DNA of 63,454 bases, filler included, from Kipferlia bialata (taxonomy: Eukaryota): the NCBI GenBank assembly GCA_003568945.1. It is 7 parts of 7 records of this genome, joined end to end, with 100 filler letters (N's around TTAATTAATTAA, not from the genome) between each part and the next. Parts side by side here need not be neighbours in the genome. Positions count along the whole stretch, not along the records: positions 1 to 11,709 come from BDIP01001196.1; positions 11,810 to 23,512 come from BDIP01001197.1; 5 more parts are not named here. One strand, written 5' to 3'. A model generated the notes under the pieces. It did no database searches and had not been told where the DNA came from. It saw nothing but the letters and a program-made list of their open reading frames with translations. Both the position numbers and the translations under genes were made by a program. Below are positions 1-12,125 of the stretch, piece after piece (position 1 is the stretch's first letter; each line of letters opens with the position of its first letter).

Positions 1-256
1 AGCACTCTGAATGCTGTGATCGCGGTTCGATTCCGCGAGAGAGCAATTTTCTTCCCTTAACTCCAGGAGACACTGGTATAAGATAGTGTAATTCATAACA
101 CAATATTGAATATTGAAGAGTGTTATCTTTAACCGTGGATGAGTGAGACTCACTGTATATGTGTATATATCATGTGACGGTTTATGAAGCAAAAACTATT
201 TCTAGAAAGGGTGCAGTTTTCACCTTCCTCAGCAAGAATCTCTCTTCTTGATTCAG

Positions 257-1233
257 ATGTCAGCTGCCGCCCCCGACCCCCAGCAGTCCGGTTCTGGCGC
301 ATCAGACGATACCGACAAGGTGAGCATTGGTCTCTGTGTATTTACTTGGCGTTGTGGGCTTGATAGTTGCGTTTGACTGGTAGTTAGTTGGTTCCTTCTG
401 AGTACCATATCTTTTCACATTTATAATGGACGTATATATATATCTTGCCGCTCTTCCAGTGCACAAACCCACCCTCACTAGCAGTCTAACTACAGGTCTC
501 ACTCGTGCTGAAAGTGTTCGACAAGGAAGAGTGGCAGGCAATGACTAGGTATATATATGCATATATATAACATGCACTCTGCTGATATTGATACTATATA
601 TATATATACTATTTATTACTGTATTGTTTCAAGGAAGAGTGGCAGGCAATGCCTAGGTTGGTATATATGCATATGCATATATATGTATACATATACTCTA
701 CTGGTACTGATACTGGTCATCTGATACATGCTCCCTCAGTATTGACAGAATTTGTACTCTCTCTCCCCTACCCTTCTTACTCACATCAGCATTGAGAGGT
801 ATGTAGTGTTACTGTACGTGTACTCTCCCTCTACCCCCTTACTCACTATAGCGTTGAGAGGTATGCCGTGATCAAGTCCAATAGGGCATACCGACACTCA
901 CCGGACACACCTCCACTGACAGGCGATCAGGTATGAGAACTATACATTATGGGTCTTGTTACAATACTGACACCAGGAGTGACATGATGGTCAGGTGGCA
1001 CATGGAGGCCATGCAATATATAATCATATAATATACATGTATTATATATGTGTATTATTATATAGTATATCTATTTCTTACCATAGGGCTGCCAGCTTAT
1101 CAGGATGCTCAAGTGGCACATGGACATCGTGCGTGTGGAGAAGATCGAGGAGATGGTGGAGTACTTCAGTACATACTATCCAGACGAGGACTGGAGGGCA
1201 CGCCTGGCCAAGCTATCAACCATGGAACTGCTA
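257..1233 (+). CDS. Hypothetical spliced protein (MSAAAPDPQQ...VLKVFDKEEWQAM...LIRMLKWHMDIVRVEKIEEMVEYF), 3' end unclear
   Basis: ATG at 257 is followed by GC-rich exon blocks with GT..AG boundaries that splice in frame. No family recognised. Confidence 0.45.
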
Positions 1234-1328
1234 CGTATGTAACTACTTCTTCTTCCATATGAATGTTACATGAAGTAGTCCTATCCCACGCGTCCCCCCC
1301 CCCCCCCCCCCCCACACCGCCCCCCCCC

Positions 1329-1360
<32 letters not shown>

Positions 1361-1462
1361 CGGGGGGGGGGGGGGGGGGGGATACTGTTCCGTTAATAGA
1401 GAGAGAGTAGTGTACTAGAAATGCAGAGAGTAGAGTAATTTAGCCCCAAACAATGCCCCATA

Positions 1463-4400
1463 CCCTTGTTGGGGTCCTCCTCCTCGTCCTCGCCAATGCC
1501 TATGCCGTCTGACATGACAAAGTTACGCTTGCCCTTGACCCTGGGGGTGAGGGGTAATAGGGCAAGGTAGTACATGCAGTAGGGTGTGTATACAGATACA
1601 CTCACTTTGTGTGGTCGAACACCCTCTCCCGCATTGCCTTGAGGGCTGTCATGGGGTCACCATGCCTACACTCCAGCTCAACACCCTAAGGGTCAATGGG
1701 AGAGTGGGAGGGTGGGAGAGAGAGAGAGATGACACTCACAGAGTATTGGTAGACATACACATTCCCTACCTGACACACGACTCCTCTGAGCTTGCCGATA
1801 TCTGGCTCGTTGTAGCACCAGGGCTTGGAGGCCCCATCTCCACCCATCTCCATCCACCTGGAGATAAGGGATATTGAGGGTGGTAACAACACCGCTAAAT
1901 GGAGAGACCACGAGTCCATAGAGAGAAAGACAATTAATACCTAACAGCGGGTCTGACCACCGACATGACTGCCTCATAGACGTCTGTGTCTCTGTCTGTA
2001 CCCTCTCCCTCTCCCTCTGCCCTCTTGGCATGGGATGCCTTCCTGACCCCACTGGAGGCAGCTGTGATGAACTCATCGGTGGGGTGCACACAGGCCTCGG
2101 CCACAGACAGCACGCATCTGGAGTGAGGGCAGGAGAGAGAGAGAGAGAGGCATAGAGAGAGGGGGGAGAGGGAGCCTGTACCTGGCGAGCACCATGGCCA
2201 CCACCCTGGCCCCTGTGGTCTCTCCCCTCAGTGCCAGCCTTCTGGCCAGGGAGAGGTATATGGAGTCGACGCTGCCTGAGACAGCCTTCCTAGGGTTGAT
2301 AGTGACCAGGGCACGGCACAGAGACTGGATGGCCTGGGGGTCAGAGGGAGAGAGAGGGTGAGAGAGAGAGGTGAATTATGGGCAACCCCTAACCTGGACC
2401 TGCCCCTGGTCTCTCTTGACCCTCCTGTGCCACAACTGTACATTGTGCTCATCGCCCCTGGGGTCAGTCACACACACACACACACATTCAAGACAGGGAA
2501 TATATTGAGTCATGCCCACCTGAGCCTAGCCTCCAGCTTCCATGTGGCGTTGGATGTGAGTAGGTGCTCGAATGAGGCGAGTCTGAACCCAAGCTCAGAC
2601 CGGTCAATGACCTAAGTATCAGCATACAGAGAGATAGAGAAATAGAGATGGTGATACCGCCCATCTATACATACCTTGAGAGGGTGCTCTGTCCTCAGCA
2701 GCTCCAGGGCCTCCTCCCTAGAGGGGGGGTGCTCGGGGTCCTCCACAGGGCGGCCTAGTATGAGGGAATACATATACGTACATGCATCCGAAGGAGTGGC
2801 TATATACTGTCCCTCTATCTCTCCCACCTGCTGCTGCCGCTGCCTCTGCCGCCATGGCACACTCGTCCAGACCGGCATTGTCCAGGGTGGTGGCAGCCGT
2901 GAACAGGGTGGTGTACTGGCGGACAGACCTGGGGTGGGGGGGGGGAGGGTGAAACATGGGATAGTTACACTTTGGTTGGGTATTCATATATATCCACTCT
3001 GCCCCCGTACCTCGTGGCCTCCAGTCCCTGGTACACAGTGTCTCTGGCAAGGGCAGAACGGCGCCTGGGGTGAGAGAGAGACAGAGGAGGAGGGGGTTTC
3101 TTTATTACAGACTGCTGCCAACACTCAATGTATGACATCTGCTATATATACGCCGCCTATACCTGTGGATGTGGTGTGCTGCCAGGGCTGCCTTGAGGGC
3201 ACCCGCAGACTCTGGGAACCTCTCAGATGTCTCTCTCACCAACGCGGGGAAGTCAACACCACTCTCAGCTGCCTAGGAGTGAAAGAGAGAATATATAGAT
3301 GTGATGGGGAGAGAGAGAGAGGGAGTGCCGTACCCTCTCGTGGGACAGCAGGTTGCTGAGCTCACTCCACAGCTCCTCTCTCGTGTGCTGCTTGGGGGTG
3401 AACCCTCGGCGGCACAGGGCATCGACCAGAACCTGGCATAAGGGCAGGAGTAAACAGAGAGAAGATGTGATATATGAGGTGTGTTACATATATACATGTG
3501 GAGACATCCCCACCTTGATGGCGCCTGGGATGTCGTCTCTCTCCTTCAGCAGCACAAACAGAGACTCGAGGGCAGATGGGTCTACGATGGCGAGGCGCTG
3601 GTAGATGACCCTGGGATGAGGGGGTATGTGTGGTTACATTCTGAGAAACACATTACAATAATAAAATGCATGCCACCCCCACCTAGTAGTGGACAGAGGG
3701 ACATGGGGCAGGGCAGCCCAGGTCTTGTACTCGGGCCAGATCAGGTAGTGCTGGGACACAGGCAGCGCCCTGAGGTCAACAGGGGGTAAACAGGGGGATA
3801 GTACTGTGTAACTGAGATACCCAAGAGAGTGTCTACAATCCCGTACCTAAGTGCCTTATCGAATGTGCGCCTGGTCTCTGTGATGCGGCATGGCCTCACG
3901 GTCAGGAACCTCAGCCAGTCGATCCAGAACCTGGGGTGAGACACACAGGAGATACAGAGTATGTAGATGTACGGGAGACAGAGACAGCATGGCACCGTCT
4001 ACCTAGGCATCCTCCTGAGGTTGACAAGTGCCCTTGAGAACAGGTGGCACACGTCTGACACTGCGTCTGAGGCAGCATGCACATCTCCCTGGGACAGGAC
4101 GGTCACCTGGTCCCGCAGATACATGCGCCACACCTGGTAGTGAGTGGCTACCAAGAGCTTACACCAAGCCGCAGCGACAACACACCATGCTCAGAGAATG
4201 TAAAAGAAGATATCAGCGAGCCACACACCTTGTAGGACCTGGGCAGCACTGCTAGACACCTCTCGAACACACGAGCCCTCACATATGCATCCTGGTCAGC
4301 CACTGCTCCAATGTAACGCAGCCATGTGGTGAGATCCGTTGGATCCCTAGCCACCTCTTTCTCGAAGGCAAGCTCCGAATAGGTCTGTAAGTGAGAAGAA

Positions 4401-4538
4401 GAGCGTATGTGTGGCAGAGTATGAGTGGGACCACTGTGAATACTGATTCAAATCTTCACGGAACGCTCTTAAACTACACACAGAACTAGCTTGGAGCCAG
4501 CTTATTATCAACAATCCACTCACCAGATCGTCCGCCAT
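1463..4538 (-). CDS. SYF1: Pre-mRNA splicing factor SYF1/XAB2 (HAT repeats), multi-exon
   Basis: The spliced translation MADDL|TYSELAFEKEVARDPTDLTTWLRYI...RVFERCLAVLPRSYK|...VWRMYL...RMPR|FWIDWLRFL...ITETRRTFDKALR matches the SYF1 N-terminus (WLRYI, LPxSYKLW, MPRxW, TRRTFDRALR). The acidic C-terminus lies near 1470-1530. The 3' end is approximate. Confidence 0.9.
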
Positions 4539-4674
4539 GGCGCCTGCTTGTCGGGGACGTAGACAGGAAGGCAACCTTTTCAGGTCTTCATTTTGCTTAA
4601 TCTAATGATTCTTCCTGTTGCGCTTAAAAGTGTCCCACTCAGTCCCTTCCCTCTCTCTTACCCACCATTGAGAC
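4539..4674. promoter_or_regulatory. Putative bidirectional promoter between head-to-head SYF1 and RPA1
   Basis: Only 136 bp separate the two divergent ATGs (4538 minus, 4675 plus). Confidence 0.55.
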
Positions 4675-5603
4675 ATGTACGGCAACCAGGGTGGCTTCCA
4701 GCAGCAGCAGTTCCAGCAGCCCCAGCAGCAATTCCAGCAGCCCCAGCAGTTCCAGGTGAGCTATGCTGGTGCACGTGCTGCACTAATAGTGCTCATTGAG
4801 TGAGGACTCATACTCTATCTGTATATCAGGTTATATTCCATTACCATTATCCCTGTCAACATAATTTGGTTTTCCTCATTGAATATGTGTCTCGTTGGCA
4901 ATGTCTATGTTTCATGGGTGGTGTACACATGTTGTGTCGGTAGATTGAGTTTGTGTCCACATTCACCTGTGTCACCACTCTGTCTGTCGAGATAAGGGCA
5001 CAGTGCTGTTATCACTCCTTTATACACTGTTCTTTGATACTGCTGCGCTTCAGGCACATACACCAACTCTGCCTCGTTATAGTGCATCGGTACCGGTACC
5101 GTTTCCATATACCTTCTTCCTCTTCATATGCTATGCATGTGCTAGTGACCCCCTCTCTGACCCCCCAGGGCATGCAGTCTGGGCTGCCCCAGGCCCCAGC
5201 CGGATGGCCCGGCCTTGTCCCCATCTGTGACCTCAACCCATACAAGAACAAGAAGTGGACAATCTGCGCCCAGGTACTACTATACACACTAGCATTGATT
5301 GTGCTTCTGGGCTCTGCATAGCAACCCCCCCTGTCTTACATATAGGTCAAGACCAAGGGTGAGGTGCGTGAGTTCACATCCAAGAAGAGTGGCCAACCCG
5401 GCCGCGTGCTCTCCCTGACCCTGGTGGACCTTGCTGGCACAGAGATCCAGGTATGCACCCTTCGTGGATCAATATGTATTCATATTTGTTACGCATATAC
5501 ATGTATCAATCGCAATGTTCTCTCTTTCCTCACCTGTCCTGTCTCACCCCAGTGCACTGGCTTCACTGACTTTGTGGACATCCATGCATCCCAGATCGAG
5601 CAG
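4675..5603 (+). CDS. RPA1: Replication protein A large subunit, 5' part (Q-rich N-terminus plus OB-fold DBD-A), truncated at a poly-C tract
   Basis: LVPICDLNPYKNKKWTICAQ|VKTKGEVREFTSKKSGQPGRVLSLTLVDLAGTEIQ|CTGFTDFVD resembles RPA70 DBD-A (PIxxLxPY..WTICARV..K..IR.....G..FS.xLVD..GEI.xTxF). Confidence 0.85.
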
Positions 5604-5677
5604 GTACAGGGAGACATTGTGTGTGTGGTGTGTATGCGTCTTGGTTGCTCTCGCTCGGATGATCATTGTCAGATTTT

Positions 5678-5679
<2 letters not shown>

Positions 5680-5716
<37 letters not shown>

Positions 5717-5746
5717 TCCCCCCCTCCCCCCCCCCCCCCCCCCCCC
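5680..5746. repeat. Poly-C tract, probable assembly misjoin point
   Basis: RPA1 stops mid-domain just before it and a protease starts mid-gene just after it. Similar C/G runs end most contigs. Confidence 0.65.
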
Positions 5747-5808
5747 CTTTTCCATTGTCCCCTTACCTCTCTCTCTCTCTCTCTCTCGTTCTCTCTTTCT
5801 TACCCCAG

Positions 5809-8750
5809 TGGTGGGCTGACAACGACGGTTCCATTGCAGGGTGTGTGGCCGGGGTCGATATCAATGTGGGGCCTGTGTGGGATAAGGGGTACACGGGTGA
5901 AGGGGTCACAGTCTGTGTCAATGACGACGGTGGGTGCTCTCTCTCTCTCTACTTTCTCACCCAACCCTGGCTGCTATACTACCTCCCCCCCCACCCCAGG
6001 CATTGACTACAAGGGGGAGTCTGAGTTCTCCAATGTCAGCCTGGCCCTGTCCTACAACTACCAGGATGATGTCAACGACCCCACTCCTGTGCTACTCACA
6101 GACACACACGGTATGGAACACACTTGTCACACAATACTACCACTATGACCTATACTCACCCTCTAGGCACTGCATGTGCTGGTATCATAGCTGCCACCCA
6201 TGATAATGGGTACTGCATCGCAGGGGTGGCCCCAGGGGTGGAGCTGGCAGGCAGAGTCATCATCAGTGCCGACCTGGCCGTCAGGTAGGGGGGTATACAC
6301 TCATTGGTGCATGTCTATGTAGGAAGTTGGATCTGTATATGTCATCCTCGCCTGACCCCAGCGACTGGACCGATGCCTACACCCGTGGTGCTGATGAGAT
6401 TGATGTGTACTCCAACTCCTATGGCTACTACACATGCAGCGAGGGCCAGTGCTACCAGCTGCTAGACGTTGCACCGATGGAGGCTGCCTATCAGACAGCA
6501 ACAGAGGCAGGGGCAATGATTGTGTTTGCAGCAGGTGGGAGTCACTCCTTAGTGACTCTATATAGTGTAGTTCCACGTACCCTATATGTATACTAGCATC
6601 CCTCACCCCCAGGCAATGAGGGTGCCAATGCCGGTGCCGATGTCAACATGGACCCATCAATGCGCAGCCCAGACACAATCATAGTGGCAGCAGCAGGGTG
6701 CACAGGTATATACACTGTCTATCACTACCACTATACTGATAGCCTCTTCTCTCCCCCCCCCCCACCCCAGGCACCCCGTCCTACTACTCCAGGGGTGGTA
6801 GCAGTGTGTTCACAATGGCCCCGGGGGGTGACTTCACATCAGACGCCCAGGACAACCTAGTCTTGATATCCACAGTGGGGAGAGACTCGTGCACGGACGA
6901 CTTCTCAGGTACGTCTGGAAAGACCCCTACACAAGTGTATCAATGTGCATCTTATCCTATAGGCACCAGTGCTGCCTGTCCCATGGTGTCAGGTGTGCTG
7001 GCCCTGGCCAAGGAGGCCCAGCCCGGCCTGACCACCAGGGGAGCCATGCACGCCCTGGCAGCCACAGGCATCAACTCAGACAGGTAAGGGTACTGTATCT
7101 ATAGTGGTTGTGGTGTATCAACTCAGAGAGGTGTGTGGTATAGAGATAGTAATCAACTCAGACAAGTATAGACATAGAGGTAGTGCTACCTAGTGAGTCC
7201 CTAACCCAGTAACTCAGCTGCCTATGCATCCAGGTCAGAGTTCTGGCAGCGGAACTCAGCCGGGTTCGACCACAACTTCTACTCTGGGTTTGGTCTCATG
7301 GACGCACAGGTGGGGAGGGGTCTCGTACACAGTCACATTGAGATCACTTGAGTATCTATATTGTAGTACTGACCCATGTGTCTGTCTCACTGACCAGGCT
7401 GTGCTGGAGTATGTCGATGTGTGCCAGTGTGCTGACCTCCCCGACTACGACGTACGGTGATGCAGTATTATGCATAGCTTCCAGTAAACTCCAATATATT
7501 AATTATAGATATATCTGTGTGTGCATGTGTTTACCCCCAGGAGTATGTCATGATAGTGGAGGTGGACCAGGACCTGCCAGACGATAGCTCAGACGGGTTG
7601 ACTGTGTCCTTCAATGTGCCAGGGGACGTCTTCCTCAGGGTGGAGCATATCAAGGTCGGTGTACTCCGTATTGTCATAGGGATGCTGCTATTCCTCACCG
7701 ATCTCGTTGTCCATCTAACCGCCAGGTAGAGATCTCTGGCAATGTTGCCTACTTTGGAGATGTGTCAGTGGAGTGCTACTCCCCCTCCGGCACTAGGTCT
7801 GGGCTCATGCCCCCAAGACTGCTGGACAACGCTCAGGGGTACGCCCATAGAATAATACTACTACGCTATTCATCAGTTCCACCTCTGACCCTCAGCTACA
7901 TCTCCCTAGGCGATCTATCTCTGTACAGCGTGAGGTCATGGCATGAACAGGCCAGAGGGACATGGCGGGTAGTAGTGGCTGACCGGTATGCAGGGGACAC
8001 CAACTCCCTGGATGAGGTCAGGCTGACACTGAGGGGGGTGGTGCAGGAGAGCAGGGTCACCAGTCCCACCGCGTATGACACATGGGTGGGGGGGACAGTG
8101 GCTACACTGGCACTGGAGACAGGGTGCACTCAGACACCAGGTAGGCGCAGCATGGGATGCACGTACATCAGTTACTTTGTCTAACCGCCACTATGTTTCC
8201 CTCACCCTCTCAGGCACTGCCGGCTGCACTGACTCCTGCCGTCTGTCTTCCCACACACAGTGTATGGATGTGTACCACAGAGACGTCAACGGAAAGTGAG
8301 ACCATTCAGTTTGCATGGTGCATATTGTATATACCACCTTTATGTTACACCTTACCCTGCAGGGCCTACACCCTTCTAGAGGCTGGGGTCGACATGTCCT
8401 GCGGTACTTACTCCTACCCTGTACCTGCTATTGAGCCAGACAACCCCAGGGAGGAGCAGGTGGGTGGCTTATAGATATACATGTATAACTGACACCACAA
8501 TAATCATGACCCTTCAGATATATACGGATTCCGAACATACTAACCCCAGCTCTACCTCGCCCCCTGTGGTGAGGCCCCCTGTCTAGGCCACCCCTCCCCC
8601 TACCACTATGCCTCCCCTGTGTACATCCACGCCTATGAGGAGGGCGAGGTCCCAGAGGAGCCAACCGGTGGGTTCCATGCCTCTCCCCTGTCCATGTTTG
8701 TGATAGTGCTGGTGAATGTGGTCGCTCTAGGGGCTGCCATACTCCTCTAG
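5809..8750 (+). CDS. Kexin/furin-like subtilisin (peptidase S8 plus P domain), N-terminus missing, hydrophobic C-terminal tail
   Basis: Catalytic motifs VCVNDDGID, THGTACAG, FAAGNEG and FSGTSAACPMVSG are present. P-domain-like segments SPSGTRS..L and W.EQARGTWRVVVAD follow. The protein ends MFVIVLVNVVALGAAILL* (TAG 8748-8750), which resembles a TM or GPI signal. Confidence 0.92.
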
Positions 8751-8911
8751 GCTACGTGATCTAGGATAGATAAGTGTCAATAGATACTAGATCAAGTCCA
8801 TTTCATACATGTGAACTCATTAGTGACAGTAGAAACGGAGTCATCTATTACACAAATCACACAAACAAGCCACTACCACCACTACAGAAGCATCAGACGT
8901 CTGTTCCCACA

Positions 8912-9206
8912 CTACTCCAGCCTGTCGAAGTGGGAGTATGTGACGCCCTCTCCACAACAGTCCAGGGCCTCCTGGAAGGCACAGGCGTCAACAGTCCTGG
9001 GGGTCAGGGATATATATATGTATACATATATACCACACATCAATGCTCTGCCGCACCTCGCCCTCTGCCTGGCACTCAGCACCGCCCTGCCCCTCTGCAT
9101 CTGCATGTCACACCCGTCTATCACGTTGTAGGGGAGGGGGAGGCCAGTCTGATCACACAGGGCAACGGTCTGGGGGTTGTCCCTGGGGTGAGAGGGGGGG
9201 GGGGTG

Positions 9207-9246
<40 letters not shown>

Positions 9247-11161
9247 CACTACTGTTTCTTTACACAACCACACACCTGAATGTCTCTGGGTCGAAGCGTC
9301 TGGAGAAGGGGGCAACCGGGTACCACTTGCGCTCCTCAGCCACACAGGTCTAGGGTGAGAGGGATACAAACAAGTGTGTATAGATAGATAAACACTCATG
9401 TCCATACCTTAGTGAGGGGGTCTGGGGTGACTGGGAGGTATGCTTGACATTGATATATATATATGTACCATAGCTTGATACATACATATATGCACTATAT
9501 GTGTGTATATGTACTATCATGTCCATACCTTGGTGAGTGGGTCAGGTGTGACTGGGAGGCATGCTGCGAAGAAGAGGTTCTTGTCTGTGGGCATGACATC
9601 AGGGATGGAGTCAGACAGGTTCTGCAGGGACTCGCGGCAGGTGTCGTCGGGGATCTCAATGATCTCAAAGCTGGGTGAGGAGGGCACAAATACTGATACA
9701 CACGGAACGTCAATCGGTCACAGAGAGTATCCATGTATAAAACCCACCCGTTAGGCTCCATATCCTTGCCCAGGCCAACAAACACAACGTCATTGCCAAG
9801 GCCCTCCTTCCTGGGGTGAGTCTGCTGTATTGCAGCCATTGTAACGAAGCCTACTGGAATGTGTCAACCCTCTCACTCACAGGATACCCTACTCATTCCC
9901 CCCATACCTGATAGTCATGTCCCCTCTGAAGTGCATGTGGGCAGAGTACCAACGCACATCGCCCAGGGTCCTGATCTGGCCCTGGGGGTGAGGGAGTGGA
10001 GATATTCAATACACATGTAATCAATAAATAGAGATACACATGCAGTGGTACCTGAGCCAGGGCATTGACCAGTTCGTTGGAGAGGTCTGACCCGAGCTGT
10101 CCGGCCTGGGCCTCCTCCCTCACCCTCATGGGTAGGAGCCTAGGCTCAATGGCAGCTGGGGTGGGGGGGGGAACGGGGAGAGAGAGAATGTGAGGAGAGG
10201 GGATGAGAGAGGTGAATACACACTATGCCTACACTCTGCATATATGGACTTTGACACACTATCTGATACCTGGCATGCAGGACGGCCAGTCGTGGCTGAG
10301 GCAGATGGTGGAGAGGGGGGGCTGCTTGGCCATGGCGCTCTGCAGCCACGTGAAGTCAGACTGTCTGTGGTGGTACACGCTGCGGAGGGCATCCTAATGG
10401 TCAGAGGCGGAGGGAGGAGTATAGTGATGTATACATATATATCCACTCTCTACCCCACCTGGTCGAAGGGTGGCTGCTCGTTGTGGCCCTTGCCAATGTC
10501 GTATCTCTTGTAGATGCCACTCACACCACCGATCCTGGGGGTGAGGGGAGGCATTCACATACATAGGGAGTATCACATCAGAAATGACTGATGATCAATA
10601 TACACCCAACCCCACCTGACGTGTCTGTCTCCCAGTACATAGTCCACTGCACTGGCATGGCCTGGGGGTCAGGGTACTGATGCACAAGCAATACAAAGCA
10701 CAGTATATAGGTCAGTGACCATTGATCATGCGAGTGCCCCGTACCTAGGTAGTACACGTTGGGTGCAATCCAGCCTCCGTATGGGAGCTCGTAGAGGAAC
10801 AGAGAGGCGTCGTGGTTGCCTCCGATGTAGATGCAAGGCACTGGGAGGGAGATTCCCCCGTTGTAGAGCTCGTGGAAGGACTCCATGTTTCTGTAGCGAG
10901 GGGGGATGGCTGTGTAGTTCATGTCAAACTTACTCCTAAGAGTAAGGGAGTGTGGAGGGGAAAAGAAGGTGAGAGGTGGGGGGACAGAGGGAATGGTGAG
11001 TATCCCAAGGTGCCAGAGAGTGACTGCCAGTACCTAAACGTCTTGCCGTCTCCACAGGCCAGTATCAGATCCACTGGGGTCCCAGCCTGCTGCTGCCTGT
11101 TCACCTCATCCACTATGCGCTGCCAGTGACCGTGAACGCATCCCACGGCGAGGACACGCAT
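8912..11161 (-). CDS. DBR1: Lariat debranching enzyme (metallophosphoesterase), multi-exon, apparently complete
   Basis: Hallmark DBR1 motifs: MRVLAVGCVHG, LILACGD, IPPRYRNM, IGGNHDAS..LYELPYGGWIAPNVYYLG, IGGVSGIYK, LSHDWP and WYSAHMH. Confidence 0.95.
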
Positions 11162-11320
11162 GGTAATCGATCCAGAAGAGACTGAGGCAGCTCATTGTGT
11201 TTGATGTCCTTAACCCTTTTTCCATATCCAGACTGACACTTGTCAGGCTCTTCTCTACCCTAGCCTTGAAGAGGCAAATAGAGTGACAATTAAGATAGAG
11301 TGACCTCTAGCCCTCCCCAG

Positions 11321-11464
11321 GGTATGCCTGGTGCCATGCCGGGTGTACGGGTGTATGGGTGCAACCTGGTGGTAGGCCTTGACTTCGGTACAACGTATAC
11401 CGGATTCACCCTGGCCCACGTGTCCTCTCAGACGGTCGAGGGGTACTTCGAGTGGCCTAAGCAG
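11321..11464 (+). CDS. Hsp70-superfamily (HSPA12-like) actin-fold ATPase, first exon only
   Basis: LVVGLDFGTTYTGF phosphate-1 motif followed by 'EWP'. The contig ends shortly afterwards. Confidence 0.7.
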
Positions 11465-11709
11465 GTGGGTAGCTACTTTCTATGTGTATATATTCAGCCA
11501 TGTGCTGGTATGGGGGCTATGGACACGTGTGTATCTCTACACGATCTTCGGCTTGATACCCTCTAGTGATACTCTGCTGTTGTTCTTGTGGTCTAGTGAC
11601 TGGGTTCACTGCTTGAATGTGGGTTGTCCGTTGCCACGGTATAGACTGTCCAAGTCTCCACCATCTCTTCCCCCCCCCCCCCCCCCCCCTCCCCCCCCCC
11701 CCCCTCTCC

Positions 11710-11809
11710 NNNNNNNNNNNNNNNNNNNNNNNNNNNNNNNNNNNNNNNNNNNNTTAATTAATTAANNNNNNNNNNNNNNNNNNNNNNNNNNNNNNNNNNN
11801 NNNNNNNNN
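11710..11809. other. Artificial contig linker N44-TTAATTAATTAA-N44
   Basis: Identical 100-bp spacer with stop codons in all six frames, repeated six times in the window. Confidence 0.97.
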
Positions 11810-11822
11810 TTTCTTTCCCCCG

Positions 11823-11854
<32 letters not shown>

Positions 11855-12125
11855 ACCCGGTGATCCATACTTCCCGAAATATATTTCAATCTACACTAAT
11901 TGTACTTCATACATGGTGTATCCTGCGTATACGTCTCTCACCCCAGGTGACCACACAGCACTTGATAAGAATAGATATATATATATATAGTGTATTTCAT
12001 ATAGAGACTAGAATGATACCTCTCCTACCCCATGTGACCACACAGCGCCTGAATAACATACAAAATATGTAAGATAAGTATATATAGCGTGTCATATAAA
12101 TAGTACACTATATCTCTTACCCCAG

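Noticed and set aside
1295..1381. Poly-C/poly-G inverted repeat (also at 50300-50395) as a hairpin element
   Set aside because: Homopolymer runs at likely assembly junctions have unreliable length and adjacency.
4675..8750. Apparent RPA1-kexin protease fusion gene
   Set aside because: RPA1 stops mid-fold and the protease lacks its signal and prodomain. The junction is a poly-C tract like those ending other contigs, so a misassembly is much more likely.
1463..11161. Splicing-gene cluster (SYF1 plus DBR1)
   Set aside because: The probable misjoin at 5680-5746 lies between them, so linkage is unreliable, and two genes are weak evidence anyway.
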